Origin: Candidatus Planktophila sp.
GTDB taxonomy: Bacteria > Actinomycetota > Actinomycetes > Nanopelagicales > Nanopelagicaceae
NCBI GenBank assembly: GCA_044342645.1
Contig: JBIIPL010000001.1
Coordinates: 1 to 41,810, forward strand
DNA: 41,810 nt
Direction of reading: 5' to 3'
Of this stretch, positions 38,332 to 41,810 are shown in pieces; position 1 is the stretch's first letter, and the number at the start of each line of letters is the position of its first letter. The notes under the pieces were generated by a model, which was not told where the DNA came from, ran no database searches, and saw only the letters and a program-made list of their open reading frames with translations. The translations under genes and the position numbers were made by a program.

Positions 38332-39276
38332 GTGAGAAAAGATAAGAATCTATTAACTATCATAACGCCAGTTTTCAATGGTCAAGATTACATTGCTGAA
38401 ACAATTGAATCCGTGCTTAGTTTATCTAAAGAGTTCTCATTTGAATATATTGTAATTGATGATGGCTCAACCGATGCAACTGCAGAAATTATAGCGAAAT
38501 ATTCTAAAGAATTGCGTAGTTTTCACCAAGAAAATATGGGCGAAGCGGCCGCAGTAAATCTTGGAGTGGATATGGCTATTGGAGATTATTGCATTATTGT
38601 TAATCATGACGATCCCTTATTAACTGTTGAGTTGTTTGAGACCTCGGTTAAACTCATGGAATCTGATAGAAACTTGGTTGCAACTTATCCGGATTGGATA
38701 TTGATAGATGCGCTAGGAGAGAAAATTGAAGTACGAGAAACTCGCGAGTACTCAATTACCGAGTTAGCAGCATTCTCCAATTGTCTGCCTGGTCCTGGAG
38801 CATGTTTTAGGAAGGTAGAAGCGTTAGCTATCGGAGGGCGAAATGCCAACTATAAATATGTGTCCGATTATGATTTTTGGCTCAGACTCAGCCAATTCGG
38901 TCACTTCAAGAGAATCTCTAAACCTTTAGCTCAATGGCGTTTACATAATGATTCAACGTCAATAAAAAATGTTTCTATGGCAATGGCTTTTGAAAGAATA
39001 GAAGTAATTAAGGATTATCTCTCTTATAGCAAAACCACTAAGAGATTTAGTCGGATTGCGCTATCGCACGCATATTATTACGCGGCTCGATTAACACTTG
39101 CGTCGAATGGACTACCGGGAAGAAAATTTCTTTTGAAATCGATCTGGGTTCGTAAGCGATGGCCAGAAAGAGCTAATTTATTGGTTACAGTTGTAATTTT
39201 CTTTGCGCCAGTGAGTATTTATTTTTATCGTAAAGTCGAAAGTTTTTTGCCAAACAGATATAGAATCGCTGAGTGA
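38332..39276 (+). CDS. GT2 glycosyltransferase (paralog of 26137-27060)
   Basis: IITPVFNG, IDDGSTD, HDD, CLPGPG, DYDFWLR; GTG 38332 chosen (TATAGT 7 nt upstream), ATG 38305 is an alternative. Confidence 0.88.
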   Translation: MRKDKNLLTIITPVFNGQDYIAETIESVLSLSKEFSFEYIVIDDGSTDATAEIIAKYSKELRSFHQENMGEAAAVNLGVDMAIGDYCIIVNHDDPLLTVELFETSVKLMESDRNLVATYPDWILIDALGEKIEVRETREYSITELAAFSNCLPGPGACFRKVEALAIGGRNANYKYVSDYDFWLRLSQFGHFKRISKPLAQWRLHNDSTSIKNVSMAMAFERIEVIKDYLSYSKTTKRFSRIALSHAYYYAARLTLASNGLPGRKFLLKSIWVRKRWPERANLLVTVVIFFAPVSIYFYRKVESFLPNRYRIAE

Positions 39277-39332
39277 AGGAGTTAATAAAAAATGCCTAAA
39301 AACCTACACTCTGCTTCAATCTAGATTAATCA

Positions 39333-40250
39333 TTGACAATGGAGCCGATACATAAGTTAACTGCCATCATCCCTATCCGTTCAATGGCAAGAAAATTAGA
39401 TAATTTGAGACATACGCTTCTTTCCTGCGTTGGACTCCCTATCCAAATAATCATTGTTCATGACGATGCGAAGGATGGTACAGAGGAAGACCTGAATGAA
39501 CTACTGGGTGATATTCAAAACGTACATATTGATAAATTCATTGTTCAATACGGATCTCCTGGGCTTGCAAGAAATTTAGGAATTAAGCATGCAAATGCTG
39601 ACTGGGTTTGTTTTTGGGATAGCGACGACTTACCAGATCCTTGCGCATATATTTCGCTTTTGAATTCTTTAAATCCAACAGAGTATGGCGTTGTGATTGG
39701 AGCAATAGCAACTCAATCTGGTTCTGATATATCGACAAGGATGCCGCATCCAACATTAGTTGCGAAGAATTTGTTACAAATGCACTTAGCAAATATGCCC
39801 GCATTCACGAGAATGATCTTTAAAAGAAGCGTGATCGGTGAACATGTTTTCCCTGCTTTTAAAATTGGCGAAGACCAATGTTTCTTACGAAAAATCGAAT
39901 TCCTCAATTCGAGAGTTTTTTATTCTGAAGAATTAATGTATGTGTACATATCGGATTTTGGTGGACAATTATCACGCAGACCACATTTGGCCTCGGAGTT
40001 AGCGCTAACTTTAGAATTCCTAGCAGGCGAACTGGAAAACTCGCCTCCAAAAATGGAGATTTTTTGTCAAACACAGTTTCTAAAACTCTTTATTTCGAGC
40101 TGCCGCAAAGAAGGCTGGATTCGGACATCTTCTTTGGCTCCAAAGGCGTTTCGGGCTGCAATGAAACTGATCGCAAAAACCCCCAGAAGAACCGCTCAAA
40201 TCTTTTTATTCTTGGCGCAAAACCGCCCTCAATTGGCTGGCAGGGAGTAA
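39333..40250 (+). CDS. GT2 glycosyltransferase (divergent)
   Basis: IIP, VHDD..DGT, G.ARNLG, FWDSDD, GED; start TTG 39333 or ATG 39339. Confidence 0.82.
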   Translation: MTMEPIHKLTAIIPIRSMARKLDNLRHTLLSCVGLPIQIIIVHDDAKDGTEEDLNELLGDIQNVHIDKFIVQYGSPGLARNLGIKHANADWVCFWDSDDLPDPCAYISLLNSLNPTEYGVVIGAIATQSGSDISTRMPHPTLVAKNLLQMHLANMPAFTRMIFKRSVIGEHVFPAFKIGEDQCFLRKIEFLNSRVFYSEELMYVYISDFGGQLSRRPHLASELALTLEFLAGELENSPPKMEIFCQTQFLKLFISSCRKEGWIRTSSLAPKAFRAAMKLIAKTPRRTAQIFLFLAQNRPQLAGRE

Positions 40251-40379
40251 GGGTCAAAAGTCAGCAAAATGTCCGTTTTGTCCCTTCCCCGCTACATCTG
40301 GGGCTATGATTCGTAGAAGGTTATAGAGGCACCGACGGGTGTCACTGAAGTAAAAACCGGTAAAAAAGGAAGTCCCAAA

Positions 40380-41747
40380 GTGGCATTTAAGAAGTCTGCA
40401 GCCTCTGCAGGTCCTCGTGTGTGGACCGTCGCAGAGCTCGGTGCTTTCTACACAGAGCACCGTTCAGAACTCCTTGCCCACGCAAACCGCGTTCTGAAGG
40501 ATTCCGCTAAAGCTGAAGAAATCACTCAAGATGCGCTGATCAAGTTCATGCTCGCAGCCCCAGAGCTTGAATCAAACGATCACGCACTTTCTTATCTACA
40601 CCGCACAATCGAAAACCTCTGCATCGACTTGTTCCGCCTTGAAGGTCGTCGCCCTAACCTCGTGGTTATTGATGATGCCCAGGCTGAAGTTGAGGCTGCT
40701 TGGCAAGTCGATGGCGATCACTCACAGGCGATTTCTGCTGCAGAAGATGCAGCCATCATTCGTCAAGCACTAGCTCTCCTTTCTCCTGCAGAGCGCGCAG
40801 CGCTCGTTATGTGGGAAATGGAAGGCCGCTCGACTTCAGAGATCGCAGCAGAACTTGGTATCAAGGAATCTGCAGTGCGCCACACTGTTTCTCGCGCTCG
40901 CGCCTCACTTCGCCGCGTTCTTTCAGAATTGGTTATCGATGAAGAGCGTGGCCTAACCGCACTCGACATGCTTTCTACTACTTATAAGAAGGCAGCAGAA
41001 CTCGCTCAAAAGTCTTCTAAGGTTGCGCTTTCACTACTTCTTGTTATGACAGCATTCCTTGGCTTTAACTCAATGACCGGCCGCGAAGGCGTTGTAATCA
41101 ATCCTTCTGCACCATCTGAAATTGCATCTGGCCCAGTGGCTGGAACAAATGAAGTTGTCGCACCAGTTGAGGCCAGCACCCCAACACCTAATATTTCAAT
41201 GCCAGCCAAGAAATCCAGCACAATGGTTTCAGGCGTGGCGATCAAATCAGCCAAGCTTGCATTCCCAGGACTTGATAAAGACGGCATCCCAACAGGCTTC
41301 ACTGTTGCGACCGAGAACGGCACCCCAGGCACCTTGCGCGTGAACCGAAATACGCCAATAGCCACTGAAGCCGGAACAGAGTTGACCACCCAAGCCATTA
41401 CAGCGGTTGGTGGCCCAAATGTGATGATCTCTCAGAACATCACAGTGGATGGCAACGGCACCAGATACTCCGTTCTCGGGGTTTCAGCTGGTGTTTCAGG
41501 CAGTTGGATCCCTCTTAATCTCGGCGCCACAACCACCGATTTTGAGCGGATGTCCAACGGGCAGTACCTTGTGACCGTTAGAATTCTCGTAGTCTCAACC
41601 CCAACTTCAGAGTTCTCTATCCCCGTGGGCAACCGTGGCTTCGACCTAACAGGTCCTATCAAGTCAATTACAACTCGACTTGTACTTAATCCAGGCAAGA
41701 CTCAAATTTTATCTCAGTCAGTACTTGTGACTGAGTCAAAGAAGTAA
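40380..41747 (+). CDS. ECF sigma-70 factor with C-terminal TM helix and extracytoplasmic domain
   Basis: sigma2 (AEEITQDALIKF, NLCIDLFR), sigma4 (LSPAERAAL...EGRSTSEIAAELGI..SAVR..VSRAR), TM VALSLLLVMTAFLGF, P/S/T linker, beta-rich tail. Confidence 0.87.
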   Translation: MAFKKSAASAGPRVWTVAELGAFYTEHRSELLAHANRVLKDSAKAEEITQDALIKFMLAAPELESNDHALSYLHRTIENLCIDLFRLEGRRPNLVVIDDAQAEVEAAWQVDGDHSQAISAAEDAAIIRQALALLSPAERAALVMWEMEGRSTSEIAAELGIKESAVRHTVSRARASLRRVLSELVIDEERGLTALDMLSTTYKKAAELAQKSSKVALSLLLVMTAFLGFNSMTGREGVVINPSAPSEIASGPVAGTNEVVAPVEASTPTPNISMPAKKSSTMVSGVAIKSAKLAFPGLDKDGIPTGFTVATENGTPGTLRVNRNTPIATEAGTELTTQAITAVGGPNVMISQNITVDGNGTRYSVLGVSAGVSGSWIPLNLGATTTDFERMSNGQYLVTVRILVVSTPTSEFSIPVGNRGFDLTGPIKSITTRLVLNPGKTQILSQSVLVTESKK

Positions 41748-41758
41748 AAGGTAAAACG

Positions 41759-41810
41759 GTGAAGCACGTGAAATTTCACCTAAATAGATTTCTCCGTCGC
41801 GTCCGGATAC
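41759..41810 (+). CDS. Possible 5' end of a downstream gene (truncated)
   Basis: GTG 11 bp after the sigma stop, preceded by AAGG; open to the window end (MKHVKFHLNRFLRRVRI), basic like a signal-peptide n-region. Confidence 0.4.
   Translation, partial: MKHVKFHLNRFLRRVRI

Noticed and set aside
38124-38378. 84-aa minus ORF in the spacer between the membrane protein and GT2
   Set aside because: Overlaps the GT2 start and both putative promoters; no motif.
1-41810. CRISPR arrays, IS elements, integrases, prophage, rRNA
   Set aside because: No spaced repeats, terminal inverted repeats or matching proteins seen. The Ile-Ala tRNA pair is followed by ppiA rather than 23S rRNA, so it is not an rrn spacer.

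Overview
A 41.8 kb, very gene-dense actinobacterial window with tiny or overlapping intergenic spacers. It probably lies near oriC, since tRNA-Ile/tRNA-Ala-ppiA-rhomboid normally follows gyrA. Moderate GC, streamlining and gene content suggest a freshwater acI/Nanopelagicales-like organism (inference). The left half is core: ppiA, rhomboid, a FadF-like Fe-S oxidoreductase, dnaK-grpE-dnaJ-hspR with a HAIR operator, a DUF1800/DUF1501 pair, pyrE, DedA, a K+-independent H+-pyrophosphatase, topA, galE, an MFS-Tmk fusion, holB, a lipoprotein peptidase and a VOC protein. The right half is mostly an AT-richer cell-surface glycosylation region: GT2/GT4 transferases, LhgO, nucleotide-sugar enzymes, an ABC flippase-like exporter, methyltransferases and a GT-C-like membrane protein. 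It is interrupted by a DEAD-box helicase and ends at a membrane-tethered ECF sigma factor. Notable items: a DnaA-box triplet, pervasive leaderless promoters including a 15-bp bidirectional one, structured leaders on hppA and the helicase, an Arg-to-Ser change in a DnaK ATP-site motif, and the ECF-TM-extracytoplasmic fusion. No CRISPR, transposase or integrase was seen. All family calls come from motif recognition by eye; no searches were run.
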